Source of the DNA: Thermoplasmatota archaeon
Lineage (GTDB): Archaea > Thermoplasmatota > E2 > DHVEG-1
Assembly: GCA_030601705.1 (NCBI GenBank)
Contig: JAUWBM010000002.1
Span: 1 to 63,832 of the forward strand
DNA length: 63,832 nt
Reading direction: 5' to 3'
Under the pieces are notes generated by a model. It was not told the origin of the DNA. It did not search any database and saw only the letters and a program-made list of their open reading frames with translations. Both the position numbers and the translations under genes were made by a program. Positions within the stretch are counted from its first letter, which is position 1; the number at the start of each line of letters is the position of its first letter. Below are positions 48,255-58,686 of this stretch, one piece after another.

Positions 48255-49430
48255 TCATTTGTTTTTATAGAGCTCGATTACGTTTTCATATACTTTTTCA
48301 AATTGACAACCCACGTGGTTCATTGAGTGTTTTTTGATTAGTTTTAAACTATTTTTGCTCATAGTATTTCTAAGATTTTTATCTGACGATATCTTGACAA
48401 TGTTGCTTGCCAATTGCTTGCTATTTTTTGGATTAAATAAAAGACCATTATCTAAGCTTACAAGCTCAGGCACTGCACCTTTATTTACCACAACAGCAGG
48501 CAACCCTGAAGCAATTGCTTCCATTGTCACAATACTCTGTAGTTCGGCTTCTGCAGGCATCACAAACAAATCAGCAAGTGAATATATGTTGATATAATCC
48601 TCCCAATCCAAAAAATCTATGAACGTCGTATTATCAGATACATGTAATGTCTCCGTTAACTTTTTCATCTTTTGTTTATATCCGCCGCCTGAACCGCAGA
48701 AGAGAAAATGAGTGTCTATTTCTTTAAGCACATACGGTATTGCTTTTACAAGGACATCCAGATTTTTTTCACTGCTTATCCTGCCAGTATATAACACAAC
48801 ATTTTCTTTTGGTATATTGAATTTTTTCCTCAAATATTCACCATTATTATTGGGGTTGAAAACCTTAGTATTTACTCCATTTGATATAGGATTTATTTTT
48901 GTTTTTAGACCCCTATCAATATACATATCTGCTCCCGTTTGTGTTGGTATAGTTGCCCAGTCGACCAAATTAAAAAAGTAGACAAGATATGACCACGAAT
49001 ATTTCTTCATCACATTATAATATCGAGAGTTTAAAAATGGGGAAAGCATGTTTTCGGGCAAAATGTGAATGGAGCCAACAATAGGTATCCCATATTTTTT
49101 GGCATGTATCAAAGTACTTATACCTATAGGGTACGGAGAGCAAACATCCACAACGTCTGGTTTGAATGTTTTGATAATCTTTTTTAATTGAAAAATAGGA
49201 AACGGGGAAAAATGATACTTATTGTCCATATAAAACGGTAATGTTAGCCCTCTCATCCTGAATATCGTTGATCCGTTATCTTGTTCAACATTGTTTTTAA
49301 TGGAGAAGCCGGGTGCTAGTACACCAACCTCATTTCCATGTTTTGTAAGTTCATTTACTAAACGGTGTTGGGCAACAGCCCCGCCATCAATATTTGGATA
49401 GTACGACTCAGTTGCGAATAATATTTTCAT
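48255..49430 (-). CDS. GT4-family glycosyltransferase
   Basis: MKILFATESYYPNIDGGA N-terminus and FVMPAEAELQSIVTMEAIASGLP (EX7E-type). Confidence 0.8.
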   Translation of the reverse strand: MKILFATESYYPNIDGGAVAQHRLVNELTKHGNEVGVLAPGFSIKNNVEQDNGSTIFRMRGLTLPFYMDNKYHFSPFPIFQLKKIIKTFKPDVVDVCSPYPIGISTLIHAKKYGIPIVGSIHILPENMLSPFLNSRYYNVMKKYSWSYLVYFFNLVDWATIPTQTGADMYIDRGLKTKINPISNGVNTKVFNPNNNGEYLRKKFNIPKENVVLYTGRISSEKNLDVLVKAIPYVLKEIDTHFLFCGSGGGYKQKMKKLTETLHVSDNTTFIDFLDWEDYINIYSLADLFVMPAEAELQSIVTMEAIASGLPAVVVNKGAVPELVSLDNGLLFNPKNSKQLASNIVKISSDKNLRNTMSKNSLKLIKKHSMNHVGCQFEKVYENVIELYKNK

Positions 49431-49507
49431 AACAATCGATACCCTCAGTCAATTTTGTAATCCAATGGTTGATAAATAATGCTTACTAAAATAATTAAAC
49501 CCATGAA

Positions 49508-50497
49508 TTACTTAAAAAGATAAGGGCTGAGCGAAGAAACAATTGAAATAGGCGATGCAAAAACATCGGTTGCAAAATACTGATACCATCCACATCTCTG
49601 TTCACATTTTTTCATATCTTGCCTTGCTTGTTTTGCCGTATCTGTTTTTAAAAAATCCATAAACGAACCTTCGGTAAAGTTGTACAATCTCTGACCAATG
49701 GTTCTGCATGGATAAAACAAACCACCATCTGAGTCAACAATGATTGAAGATGTTGAGCAACCGTGTGGCTTGTTAATGTTATCTAAAAATCCTTTTGGGG
49801 TAGTTATAATATTTGGATATTTCTTCTTAAGTCTGATTATTTCCTCCCTGAATTTTCCAGGGTCGGGATAATAATCATCTGTTCCCTCCAGATGGCATGC
49901 TGGCATTACAACGGTTCTTGCCCCCACTTCGTAAATTCTTTTTACTTTTTCCTCTAACGCTGATAAAGTATCTTTTGTAACAACCATCTGAATGCATATC
50001 TCTGGACCGAAGCTTTGAAATTCTTCGAGTCTGTTGAAAAAATCTAAGTTTTCATGTCCTTCGTCTATACTTATGTGAAGGTAGTCAATGTGTTTACCAT
50101 ATTCCTCCATAGGCCTCTTATCTATAAGATGCCCATTTGTCGTAAAAAAGAGATAAAATGGTTTTTTATGAGCATACTGTAAAATTTCACCTAGATCTTT
50201 TCTAACCAGCGGATCACCACCCTCTAGGCTTAAGACAACTATACTGGAATTACTGATATTATCTAAAATTTTGAACACATTTTCTTTAGAAAGATCTGGT
50301 GTTTTTTCCATCCATACATTACAGAAACTGCATTTGAGAGAACACTTATGGGTAACTTTAAATGAGGCGTAAAATGGATAGATATTTTCTCTCGCCAAAT
50401 AATTTGAAAAAGCATATTTCGTTGTTTTTAGATATTTTCCAAGAGGTAATTTTTTCATAGATTCACGATGGATATAGAGTAATATCTTACTACACAT
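49508..50497 (-). CDS. radical SAM protein with Cys-rich C-terminal (SPASM/twitch-like) region
   Basis: THKCSLKCSFCNVW (CxxxCxxC). C-terminal GC...PC...CEQRC. The true start may be the internal MKKLPL. Confidence 0.75.
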   Translation of the reverse strand: MCSKILLYIHRESMKKLPLGKYLKTTKYAFSNYLARENIYPFYASFKVTHKCSLKCSFCNVWMEKTPDLSKENVFKILDNISNSSIVVLSLEGGDPLVRKDLGEILQYAHKKPFYLFFTTNGHLIDKRPMEEYGKHIDYLHISIDEGHENLDFFNRLEEFQSFGPEICIQMVVTKDTLSALEEKVKRIYEVGARTVVMPACHLEGTDDYYPDPGKFREEIIRLKKKYPNIITTPKGFLDNINKPHGCSTSSIIVDSDGGLFYPCRTIGQRLYNFTEGSFMDFLKTDTAKQARQDMKKCEQRCGWYQYFATDVFASPISIVSSLSPYLFK

Positions 50498-50565
50498 AAG
50501 TTTTTTTATTAACCCTCAAATTTTTAGACCGCAAGAAACATAAACCATTCCTAAAATAACGACTT

Positions 50566-51633
50566 GTGGATTCAACAGAGAAAAAACCAAAAACAATGAA
50601 ACTTTCCATAACAATCAGTCTCATACTAAGTATTGCAATTATTATACTTATTTTGTTCTTTACAATTGATGCAGAAACGTTGAAATATTTATCAACTCAA
50701 CAGATAAGATATGAATTTTTCTTTGCTGCAATGGGAGTCAATTTCATCTATTGGATATTATGGGGTGCCAGACTAAGAATATTGAGCAATGCCGTTGATA
50801 AAAATGTGAACATAAGTCTGTGGGAATCAACAAAAATAATCTTGGCAAATCTTTTTTTAGCGAATATAACTCCTTCCATGGCAGGTGGAGAACCAGTAAG
50901 AATTCATCTCTTAAACAAGAATGGTTTAAGTGTTGGCAGTGCAACTGCATCGGTACTTGGTGAGCGATTGCTCGATGCAATATTTCTTCTTTTGTGCGTC
51001 CCATTTGCATTTTTTATTTTTAGAGGGCATATAGAGGTAGAAGCCTTAAGAATTGGACTTACAATAGCAATAGCCATTTTTATATTAGCAGTGATAGTAT
51101 TTGCTTATGCGTTAAAAAATCCCAAAAAAACCAAATCTTTTTTGATTTTTTTAAGTAATAAGATAAGTAGATTCTCCAAGAAAAAAGATAGTAAGAGTAC
51201 ACGTATAGAGAGAATAAATAGTGAGGTAGACAACTTTCATGACAGCATGGTCTTTTTTCTTTCTACAGGAAAAAAGGCGTTTATAAAAGCAGGAGTTCTT
51301 ACCGCTGTATTCTGGATAACAGGTTGGATGGTCCCTCCGCTCATCCTTATGGGGCTCGGTCTCAATCCCTTTATAATCGAGTCATGTGCTGCTCAGGTAC
51401 TCCTAATTATAATTGTTATGATGCCAACAACGCCTGGAAGTGCCGGTGTTACAGAGGGCAGTACTGCAATTTTATACAGTGTATTTATTGGTTCATCGTT
51501 GGTAGGCATTTTCGTTATTTTGTTTAGGTTTATAACCTACCATATGGGACTCATAGTTGGTGCGATATTCCAATATAGAATATTCAAATCTGTTGCCTCA
51601 TTTTCATTAGATGCGATTAAAAAACAAAAATAG
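50566..51633 (+). CDS. flippase-like membrane protein (UPF0104 / lysyl-PG synthase TM-domain family)
   Basis: 8 TM helices. ANITPSMAGGEPVRI and PTTPGSAGVTEG motifs. GTG start (alternative ATG at 50596). Confidence 0.65.
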   Translation: MDSTEKKPKTMKLSITISLILSIAIIILILFFTIDAETLKYLSTQQIRYEFFFAAMGVNFIYWILWGARLRILSNAVDKNVNISLWESTKIILANLFLANITPSMAGGEPVRIHLLNKNGLSVGSATASVLGERLLDAIFLLLCVPFAFFIFRGHIEVEALRIGLTIAIAIFILAVIVFAYALKNPKKTKSFLIFLSNKISRFSKKKDSKSTRIERINSEVDNFHDSMVFFLSTGKKAFIKAGVLTAVFWITGWMVPPLILMGLGLNPFIIESCAAQVLLIIIVMMPTTPGSAGVTEGSTAILYSVFIGSSLVGIFVILFRFITYHMGLIVGAIFQYRIFKSVASFSLDAIKKQK

Positions 51634-51901
51634 TACTTTTAAAAAAGATAATGAGATGTCACATTTTAATAAATTTGGGGTTTTACCCTTAAATTGTTTT
51701 TATTAACAACCTTAAAAGTATGTATGTAATTATTTTACTCTCCTCTTCCACGCAATAAATTTTGTAACTTTCTCCTCAATAGTAAGAAAACACCTAAGGT
51801 GTTTTCACTTTAATCTATGTGCAATTTATTCTACAACCTAAAGGTTGGGAATTTTTCACTTTTATAATGTTTTAATTTAATTAACATTAACAACCGAGTT
51901 T

Positions 51902-52123
51902 TTATAATTCCATCTTTGGTATTTTTTTCTTAGAACCATCGTAAATTTGCTTGACATTCTTTCGAGAAATGAATCCATATGCTCCAAATTTTTCTGTTCT
52001 ACCTGTCTTTAAAACACGACCAGTAATAACCTTTTTATCAGTTACATGAATCGCATCATATCGTTCTTTAACCCCATCGTTGTAAACTATTGTGGCGTTT
52101 TTTAATATTTCAATCAATTTCAT
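51902..52123 (-). CDS. hypothetical small protein
   Basis: 73-aa ORF with no motif. Confidence 0.35.
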   Translation of the reverse strand: MKLIEILKNATIVYNDGVKERYDAIHVTDKKVITGRVLKTGRTEKFGAYGFISRKNVKQIYDGSKKKIPKMEL

Positions 52124-52161
52124 TTAAAACCTCCTTAATTTCCTTTTTTTTCAACTCCTTT

Positions 52162-52437
52162 TTACTTCTGTACTAGGACTTCTTTCTCTGCCCAGGTGTG
52201 TTCAAATATATGCTGCATTGAATTGAACTTCGGAATCATTTCTTTCCAATTCATCTGCGAGTTGCTTTGAGCGTTCATGTTGAAAGAATTATTACGTACA
52301 AATTCTCCCCATCTTGCAACGCTATCTGATACTTGGTCAAAACACGGGCTGCACAAGAGGTGTTTCTTTCCCATGGTTGGATGTCGGTAGCCTTCTAACA
52401 TGCCTAATTTCTTACCACATTCTTCACAATCTTTCAT
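52162..52437 (-). CDS. small zinc-ribbon protein (hypothetical)
   Basis: CEECGKK...CSPC. Start moved to ATG (MKDCEEC). Confidence 0.45.
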   Translation of the reverse strand: MKDCEECGKKLGMLEGYRHPTMGKKHLLCSPCFDQVSDSVARWGEFVRNNSFNMNAQSNSQMNWKEMIPKFNSMQHIFEHTWAEKEVLVQK

Positions 52438-52547
52438 GTCTTTTATCACCGGTTCTACATCTAGAAGAGTTAATATAAAACCCAATTTCCGGATTTTTTA
52501 TCAAAACTCTAAAATAGTATATCAATATTTACATTTGAGAAAATATC

Positions 52548-53525
52548 ATGGAAAAACTGGATTTGAAAGATAGAAAGATACTGTATCAACTTGACTTAAA
52601 TTGCAGACAGTCAAATACTCATATAGGGAAGAAAGTAGGTCTCTCAAAGGAAGTTGTAAACTACAGGATAAAACGGATGCGAGACATTGGGATAATCAAC
52701 GGTTTTTGGACTGCCATAAATTCATTGAAACTAGGATATTATGCCTGTAGAATTTATATTAATTTTTTAGATGTTAGTTCAGATATAAAAAATGAAATAA
52801 TTCGGTATTTTAAGAATTACAAAAATGTTTGGACATTACATTCAGCTAAAGGGCCTGTTGATTTAGAGGTTGTTCTATGGGTAGATGACATTTATAATTT
52901 TAATCAGTTTTGGAATAAAACTCTTGATAGATATGGTAATCACTTTGAAAAATACGAAGTTTCGATTTTGACACAAGTGACTTGTCTAAAGAAATCCTAT
53001 CTAATATTGGATGATTACGAAAAATCTGATAGAGAATTTTATACAATAAATTGTAGTGGAAATCCTGTGACGATTGATGAACTAGATTATCGGATCTTAA
53101 ATGAAATTGCTACAAATGCTCGTATCCCCCTGGTAAAGCTTGCTGAGAAATCCAACAGCTCTTCACAAACAATAAATTATAAAATTAAAAATTTGATGAA
53201 AAAAGGTATAATTCTTGCATTTCGTGTAGGAATTGATATTTCAAAATTAGGTCTTCGAAATTGTATGATTGATATATATCTTAAAGACCATACCAAAGGA
53301 ATACAGATAGAGAATTACGTGAAAGGTAATCCATATGTAGAAAATATTATGGATATGACTATAGGTTGGTGTGATCTTAATTTTGAATTAATGGTAAAGA
53401 ATATCGATTCTTTAACTCAAATTATAGAGGATATCGATAGTAAATTTCCTGGTGCTATAAGAAAAACGAATTTTTGGATGGCACATAAAATTCATAAGGA
53501 ACGCTGGTTGCCAGAGTTATATTAG
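52548..53525 (+). CDS. tandem (duplicated) Lrp/AsnC-family transcriptional regulator
   Basis: Two HTH_AsnC modules (LDLKDRKILYQLDLNCRQS...; LDYRILNEIATNARIPLVKLAEK...), each followed by a RAM-like domain. Confidence 0.7.
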   Translation: MEKLDLKDRKILYQLDLNCRQSNTHIGKKVGLSKEVVNYRIKRMRDIGIINGFWTAINSLKLGYYACRIYINFLDVSSDIKNEIIRYFKNYKNVWTLHSAKGPVDLEVVLWVDDIYNFNQFWNKTLDRYGNHFEKYEVSILTQVTCLKKSYLILDDYEKSDREFYTINCSGNPVTIDELDYRILNEIATNARIPLVKLAEKSNSSSQTINYKIKNLMKKGIILAFRVGIDISKLGLRNCMIDIYLKDHTKGIQIENYVKGNPYVENIMDMTIGWCDLNFELMVKNIDSLTQIIEDIDSKFPGAIRKTNFWMAHKIHKERWLPELY

Positions 53526-53763
53526 GAAAATAAGGTGATTCTTTTTCCAATCATCTTCACCTCCATTAGATAATCACGTTTTTCTCCTGATAAAATGTGT
53601 AAACGCTTCAACTTATTTTGTTACACTCGCGCCTCCTAACGTCTTTTTAAAAGATTCCTGGTACCTCCCTATTTATTATAGGTGACCATCCCAATTAAAT
53701 TTTTAAATTATTTAATGGTAGAACATTAATTTTTAATAATAGATATGTTATTCAGCACATCCT

Positions 53764-53928
53764 ATGAAAAAAGCTGAGAAATGCATAACATGCGGTAAAG
53801 GACTGCTTGAACGAGGTTCCACAACATTTCAATGTCCAACATGTGACGAAATTATTGGAAGATGCGGTGGATGCAGAGAACAAAGTACAGAATATGTCTG
53901 TCCTAAATGTGGATTTAAGGGACCTTAG
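53764..53928 (+). CDS. Zn-ribbon protein of the type found upstream of aEF-1beta (COG2888-like)
   Basis: Own reading, 54 aa: [54 protein letters not shown]. Four CxxC pairs. 11 nt upstream of ef1b. Replaces ORF-track 53807-53992. Confidence 0.75.
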   Translation: MKKAEKCITCGKGLLERGSTTFQCPTCDEIIGRCGGCREQSTEYVCPKCGFKGP

Positions 53929-53939
53929 GAGGAAAGTAT

Positions 53940-54212
53940 ATGGGGGAAGTAATAGCTCTTATACGTCTAATGCCAGATGGGGTATTAAGTGACGATGAAA
54001 TACAAACAATTATTGATGAAGTAAGGAATGTAATAAAAGAACCGGTAAAACTCGGAAAGATCGAAGTGAAAAATATCGCCTTTGGTCTCAGGGGATTGAA
54101 TGTGACTGTTTCTGTACCAGATTCAGAAGGCGGATTAGATCCCGTAGTAGAGGTTTTTTTAAAAATTGATAAAATTGAAAATGTAGAAGTAGTCGACATT
54201 GGTAGAATCTAA
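53940..54212 (+). CDS. ef1b: translation elongation factor aEF-1 beta
   Basis: 90 aa. MGEVIALIRLMPDGV...IAFGLRGLNV is typical aEF-1beta. Confidence 0.9.
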   Translation: MGEVIALIRLMPDGVLSDDEIQTIIDEVRNVIKEPVKLGKIEVKNIAFGLRGLNVTVSVPDSEGGLDPVVEVFLKIDKIENVEVVDIGRI

Positions 54213-54892
54213 GCTGCTGGTGTATTAATATAATCGGTAAGGTTTTCCAACGCCCCTGCACCAATTTCTGTTGCATAGTAAACAGGATATGCAGAGTTAC
54301 TTGTATCTCCATCAACTAATTCTGCCAAATACATTTTATTAATATGCCATTTTACAACGTGATGATTTAGTTCAAGAGCATGTGCTATTTCTAGGAGATG
54401 CTTACCAGGATGCTCATGTAGATATTGCATGATTTCTCGAGCGTTTTTGTTTCTAAGTATTGCCTCTGCTATCGCTTGTTTTCTTGATTCTATACCACCT
54501 TCAACGAGATAGTAAACCTTTTTTCCACCAATATACTTGCTCCGTACTAGATTGGTCTGCTCTAGTTTACGAAGATGCCATGCAGCATTACTTGGTTTCA
54601 AATCAAGCTCTCTGGCAATTTCACGAAGATGAGAACCCGGGCACTCATCAATATATTCATAGAGGTTTTTTCTAATCTCTGTGTCAAGTACATTTTCAGG
54701 TGTAACATATTTTACTCCGCTTGCCAAGAAAAAGAAGGCGATAATAATAGCTATAGCAACTATTATAGCTGCCAGTGCGATCATAACAGAGCTACTGCTA
54801 TTTAATCCCAGTGGAAAAGCAGTTGCATAGTCTACGACAGTAAAAAGAGACAATATAAACAAAATTATTATTAATTTCTTTCTAAACCACAT
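54209..54892 (-). CDS. membrane-anchored protein with two ArsR-like winged-helix domains
   Basis: Two N-terminal TM helices, then SHLREIARELDLKPSNAAWHLRKLEQTNLV and KHLLEIAHALELNHHVVKWHINKM. Confidence 0.6.
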   Translation of the reverse strand: MWFRKKLIIILFILSLFTVVDYATAFPLGLNSSSSVMIALAAIIVAIAIIIAFFFLASGVKYVTPENVLDTEIRKNLYEYIDECPGSHLREIARELDLKPSNAAWHLRKLEQTNLVRSKYIGGKKVYYLVEGGIESRKQAIAEAILRNKNAREIMQYLHEHPGKHLLEIAHALELNHHVVKWHINKMYLAELVDGDTSNSAYPVYYATEIGAGALENLTDYINTPAA

Positions 54893-54952
54893 TGATTATC
54901 CCATCCTTTTTGCATCCAGGCGTGGATATAAATATTAAAAAGCTTAAAAAGT

Positions 54953-56668
54953 TTACTTATGGGCAAAAAAGCCCATTATGGCTTTATTCTGCTTTTCTAT
55001 TCTTACAAAACCAAATCGCTCAAACTGCACAATTTCTCCTGTTTCTAACTGTGAAACCGCTTCCTCTGCAAAACCCTCCACCTTCTCAAGGCTATTTGAA
55101 TTGTAGTTGCCATTCTGATAAAGAAGTCCCGGAACAAAAACACTCATTTTAACAAAGCTTTCAGCTGTCCATTGAATCTTTGCTGAGTCAGGTATTAAAT
55201 TCTCACCAGCATACTCCGCAAAAATCTCATTGTTTTTTTCTTTAATCTTCACATTATAAAGGTCTTTTAACCTGAAGATACCTCCTATGTTTATTTTTTC
55301 AATATCTTCTTTCGGAACAAAAAATGTGTTACCAGTCTTTATGATTCTACTTCCAAGCTTTTCATCAGTTGGATGTAACCGTATTGTTTTCTCTCTTATC
55401 GGAGCGTCCTCAACAACGAGTTTTATCGGGTTTTGCACAAAGAAATATCTTTTAGCAATAGGATCAATTATTTTTCTATTAAAAGCTTCCACAATGCTAA
55501 ATGTCACCGATGATTCAACCTTTGAGATACCTTGAGAGAGTACAAACTGTTTGATAGCTTCTGGCAAAATGCCTCTTTTCTCTAATCCTCTTAGTGTGGG
55601 CAGTCTAATGTCATCATATCCAGAAACCATTCCTTTTTCAATTAACGGCTTTATTTTACGTTTGGAAACAGGCATACCCTCTATAGAAAGACGGGCAAAT
55701 TCCATGAGATGTGGTTTTCTTAATTTGAGAAGTTCAAGCAGATGAAAATAGCATTCATCACGAAGTTCGTATTCCTTTGTCCGGAACGGATGTGTCACTC
55801 CACTCAAACTATCTTCAACAGCACCGGCAAAATCATAAGTGGGCCACACCCGATATTTATCTCCATGCAATGGATGTGATTTATCTATAATCCGAAACAA
55901 GGTTGGGTCACGCATTGCAGTATTTACACAAGTCATATCCCCCTTAAGTCTCAGAACTGCACCTTCTACTGATGAGGAAATCATGTCCTTCCAAAGATCA
56001 AGGTTTTCCTCAGTAGAAATGGCTCTGCAATCGCATTCTTTTCCATGAAAGCGGCCATCTTTAACAGCATCTGGTGGGCACTTACAGACATATGCACCTT
56101 CTTGATCAATTAACTGCTCTGCCAGTTTATAGTGTTTCCCAAGGTTATCTGACGTGTGGTATTCTTCATCCCATTCTATACCAAGCCAGCGTAGATCTTC
56201 TTTTTGTGCGTCATAAAATTTAAGATGTGCATTCTCAGGGTTTGTATCATCAAAACGTAGGATAAATTTTCCATCATACATGCGTGCATATTCGTGATCA
56301 ACAGTAGCAGCCTTCGCATGACCGATATGAAGATATCCATTGGGCTCCGGCGGGAAACGAGTAACGACTTTTCCTTTTTCTGCATCAGGAAGTTCAGGTA
56401 GTGTAAAATCTCTTTCTTTCTTCTCTTTCTTTAAAAGTTCTGGAGCAAGCTTTTCAAGTTCAGCTATTTGTTGTCCAATGGGTATCTTATTAACCTCTAA
56501 ACACGCAGAAACTGAAATCTGGTAAATTTCGTTAGGAGATATATTTTTATCTTTAAAAGCAGCAATTACTTTTCCTGCAACAGCTTTAGAATTAGCCGTT
56601 CCATTAAACCATATTGCATTTTGAAGAGCGTATTTTCGAGCTGTTTTTCTTATTTCCTCAACTGGCAT
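54953..56668 (-). CDS. gltX: glutamyl-tRNA synthetase (archaeal type)
   Basis: HIGH-type PNGYLHIGHAKAA and KMSKS-type MPVSKRK. 571 aa. Confidence 0.9.
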   Translation of the reverse strand: MPVEEIRKTARKYALQNAIWFNGTANSKAVAGKVIAAFKDKNISPNEIYQISVSACLEVNKIPIGQQIAELEKLAPELLKKEKKERDFTLPELPDAEKGKVVTRFPPEPNGYLHIGHAKAATVDHEYARMYDGKFILRFDDTNPENAHLKFYDAQKEDLRWLGIEWDEEYHTSDNLGKHYKLAEQLIDQEGAYVCKCPPDAVKDGRFHGKECDCRAISTEENLDLWKDMISSSVEGAVLRLKGDMTCVNTAMRDPTLFRIIDKSHPLHGDKYRVWPTYDFAGAVEDSLSGVTHPFRTKEYELRDECYFHLLELLKLRKPHLMEFARLSIEGMPVSKRKIKPLIEKGMVSGYDDIRLPTLRGLEKRGILPEAIKQFVLSQGISKVESSVTFSIVEAFNRKIIDPIAKRYFFVQNPIKLVVEDAPIREKTIRLHPTDEKLGSRIIKTGNTFFVPKEDIEKINIGGIFRLKDLYNVKIKEKNNEIFAEYAGENLIPDSAKIQWTAESFVKMSVFVPGLLYQNGNYNSNSLEKVEGFAEEAVSQLETGEIVQFERFGFVRIEKQNKAIMGFFAHK

Positions 56669-56669
56669 A

Positions 56670-57653
56670 CTATTTTTCTCTTTGTATCGAATAATCAGCT
56701 AACTCCTTCAAAATCTCTTTAGCTTCTGAATCTCTAAGAACCTCTAGAGTTTCTTTTGCTTTTTTGGTATAATTGAGTGCAGTATTTCTTGCATAGTCTA
56801 CAGATCCCATCTCTCTAAAAAGTGTAAAAACTCGTTTTATATCATCATCTAAGGCGTTTCTATTACCAAACACCTCATCGAGTAACTTCCTATTTTCGCC
56901 AGTTGCGTTCTGCATTGAATAGACGGCAATGAGTGTTTTTTTACCGTTTCTAATATCATTTCCAATATCTTTTCCCAGTGTTTTTTCATTACTGCTTAAA
57001 TCAAGATAATCATCCCATATCTGGAATGATAAACCTAAGTGTATTCCATATTCTGTAAAAGCATTAATTTCATTCTGATTCCCGCCGCCAATTATTGCCC
57101 CTCCCCTTGCTGCAAGTTCGAATAATACTGCAGTCTTTTTATGTACCATGTTAATGTATTCTTCTTCTGTAACCATTTTTCTTTGTTCAAATTGTATGTC
57201 AAGTTGTTGCCCTTCACATATATCTAAAACACACTTAACAAGACTATGCTCGAGTTCTTTAGATATAGACAAATCGACAGATAAATCATGTATTGCCTCA
57301 AATGATTTTGCAAAAAGAAAATCTCCAGTGAGTATTGCCGTAGGTTCTCCAAATTTGATGTGCACAGTTGGTAGATTCCTTCTCATATCTGATTTATCCA
57401 TAATATCGTCATGCACCAGAGTGAAATTATGTATCATTTCTAAGGCTGCTGCAAAGGGCATTGCACTCTCTACATTACCAAAAACACTTTCACATGCAAG
57501 CATAGCTATACATGGTCTAAGTCTCTTTCCTCCGCCTAAGGTGACATGTCGAGCTGCATTGTAAAGATTAGCTGGTTCACCTTCCGGTAGATATTTTTGC
57601 CAGTATTTATTAAAAACATTGTATCTTTTTTCTAGTTCAGTTTTCAAGTCCAT
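56670..57653 (-). CDS. idsA: geranylgeranyl diphosphate synthase (short-chain trans-prenyltransferase)
   Basis: FARM LVHDDIMD and SARM IWDDYLD. Start moved to MDLKTEL to limit overlap with fni. Confidence 0.85.
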   Translation of the reverse strand: MDLKTELEKRYNVFNKYWQKYLPEGEPANLYNAARHVTLGGGKRLRPCIAMLACESVFGNVESAMPFAAALEMIHNFTLVHDDIMDKSDMRRNLPTVHIKFGEPTAILTGDFLFAKSFEAIHDLSVDLSISKELEHSLVKCVLDICEGQQLDIQFEQRKMVTEEEYINMVHKKTAVLFELAARGGAIIGGGNQNEINAFTEYGIHLGLSFQIWDDYLDLSSNEKTLGKDIGNDIRNGKKTLIAVYSMQNATGENRKLLDEVFGNRNALDDDIKRVFTLFREMGSVDYARNTALNYTKKAKETLEVLRDSEAKEILKELADYSIQREK

Positions 57654-58686
57654 ACTCCACTTCCGCATCAGATAATTTTTCAACATTGTCTACCCCCATT
57701 AAAAACATAGCAGTCCTCAACTCTTTAATGATGACATCAATTTCGAAAATTGTAGATTGTTTATCTTGCGTTGCCGGTTTTAAAAGAGTATGTGCGATAC
57801 CTGCGGCATTTGCTCCCAACACCAATGCTCTTGCAACATCCAATCCATTTCTGATACCGCCGGTTGCAATAATTGGCAGCTCCCAGTTTGTAGCTTCTCC
57901 AACCTCAAGAACCGATGTTGGTGTAGGTATTCCCCAATCCCAAAAGGTTTGACCTTCTCGCATGTTATGTTTATCTCCTTTGATTTTAGCACGATAATAT
58001 TCTACAGCCGAGAAAGAGGTGCCCCCCGCGCCACCCACATCAATACCTGCAATATTAGTTTTTTTAAGACATTCTGCAACTTTATAGGAAATGCCGGCTC
58101 CGCTTTCCTTTATCAGTATTGGCCTGCCAAACTCTCTTGAAAGCATATCAATGGTTTCTAAACAACCTTTTGCATGTGCTTCTCCTTCAGGTTGAATGCC
58201 CTCTTGCAAAAAGTTAAGACACACTGCAAGAATATCGGCATCTATCATCTCAACCATTTTTTCAGCATTTTCTAAAATTTTTTTCTTATCTCCCCACAAC
58301 ACTATTTGAGATGCTCCAATATTTGCTATCTTCAAAGGGATGTTGTAATTGTTTATTATGCTATACGTATCCTTTAACTCAGAATTTTCAAGAGCAGCTC
58401 TTTGGGAACCTACCCCCATAGCAATGTGAAATTTCTCTGCAGTCGCAGCAAGATTTTCATTAATCTTTTTACCTTCTGAATAGCCTCCCGTCATAGCAGA
58501 TATAACCAACGGTGCTCCTAGCTTTTTTCCGAACAATTCTATCGATAAATCAATTTCATCCTCATTTATCTCAGGTAATGCATTATGAATGAGTGTAACA
58601 TCATCCCAGTAATTATAATGCGCTGACACATTTTCTTCTAGTGATATTTTGATGTGTTCACGTTTCCTCTCTTCAGTTTGACTCAT
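57637..58686 (-). CDS. fni: isopentenyl-diphosphate delta-isomerase, type 2 (FMN-dependent)
   Basis: RKREHI N-terminus, GVGSQRAAL, GAGGTSF, ATGGIRNGLDVA. Confidence 0.9.
   Translation of the reverse strand: MSQTEERKREHIKISLEENVSAHYNYWDDVTLIHNALPEINEDEIDLSIELFGKKLGAPLVISAMTGGYSEGKKINENLAATAEKFHIAMGVGSQRAALENSELKDTYSIINNYNIPLKIANIGASQIVLWGDKKKILENAEKMVEMIDADILAVCLNFLQEGIQPEGEAHAKGCLETIDMLSREFGRPILIKESGAGISYKVAECLKKTNIAGIDVGGAGGTSFSAVEYYRAKIKGDKHNMREGQTFWDWGIPTPTSVLEVGEATNWELPIIATGGIRNGLDVARALVLGANAAGIAHTLLKPATQDKQSTIFEIDVIIKELRTAMFLMGVDNVEKLSDAEVEYGLEN

Noticed and set aside
51786-51847. Hairpins GAAAACACC-TAA-GGTGTTTTC (51786-51806) and CAACC-TAAA-GGTTG (51834-51847) as a novel repeat family
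   Set aside because: They sit between convergent genes and are most simply transcript-end structures. There are only two to three short copies, too few to call a repeat family.
53807-53992. ORF-track ORF 53807-53992(+)
   Set aside because: It is a TTG-started alternative frame overlapping both the four-CxxC Zn-ribbon gene (53764-53928) and the start of ef1b. The Zn-ribbon frame is the credible one.
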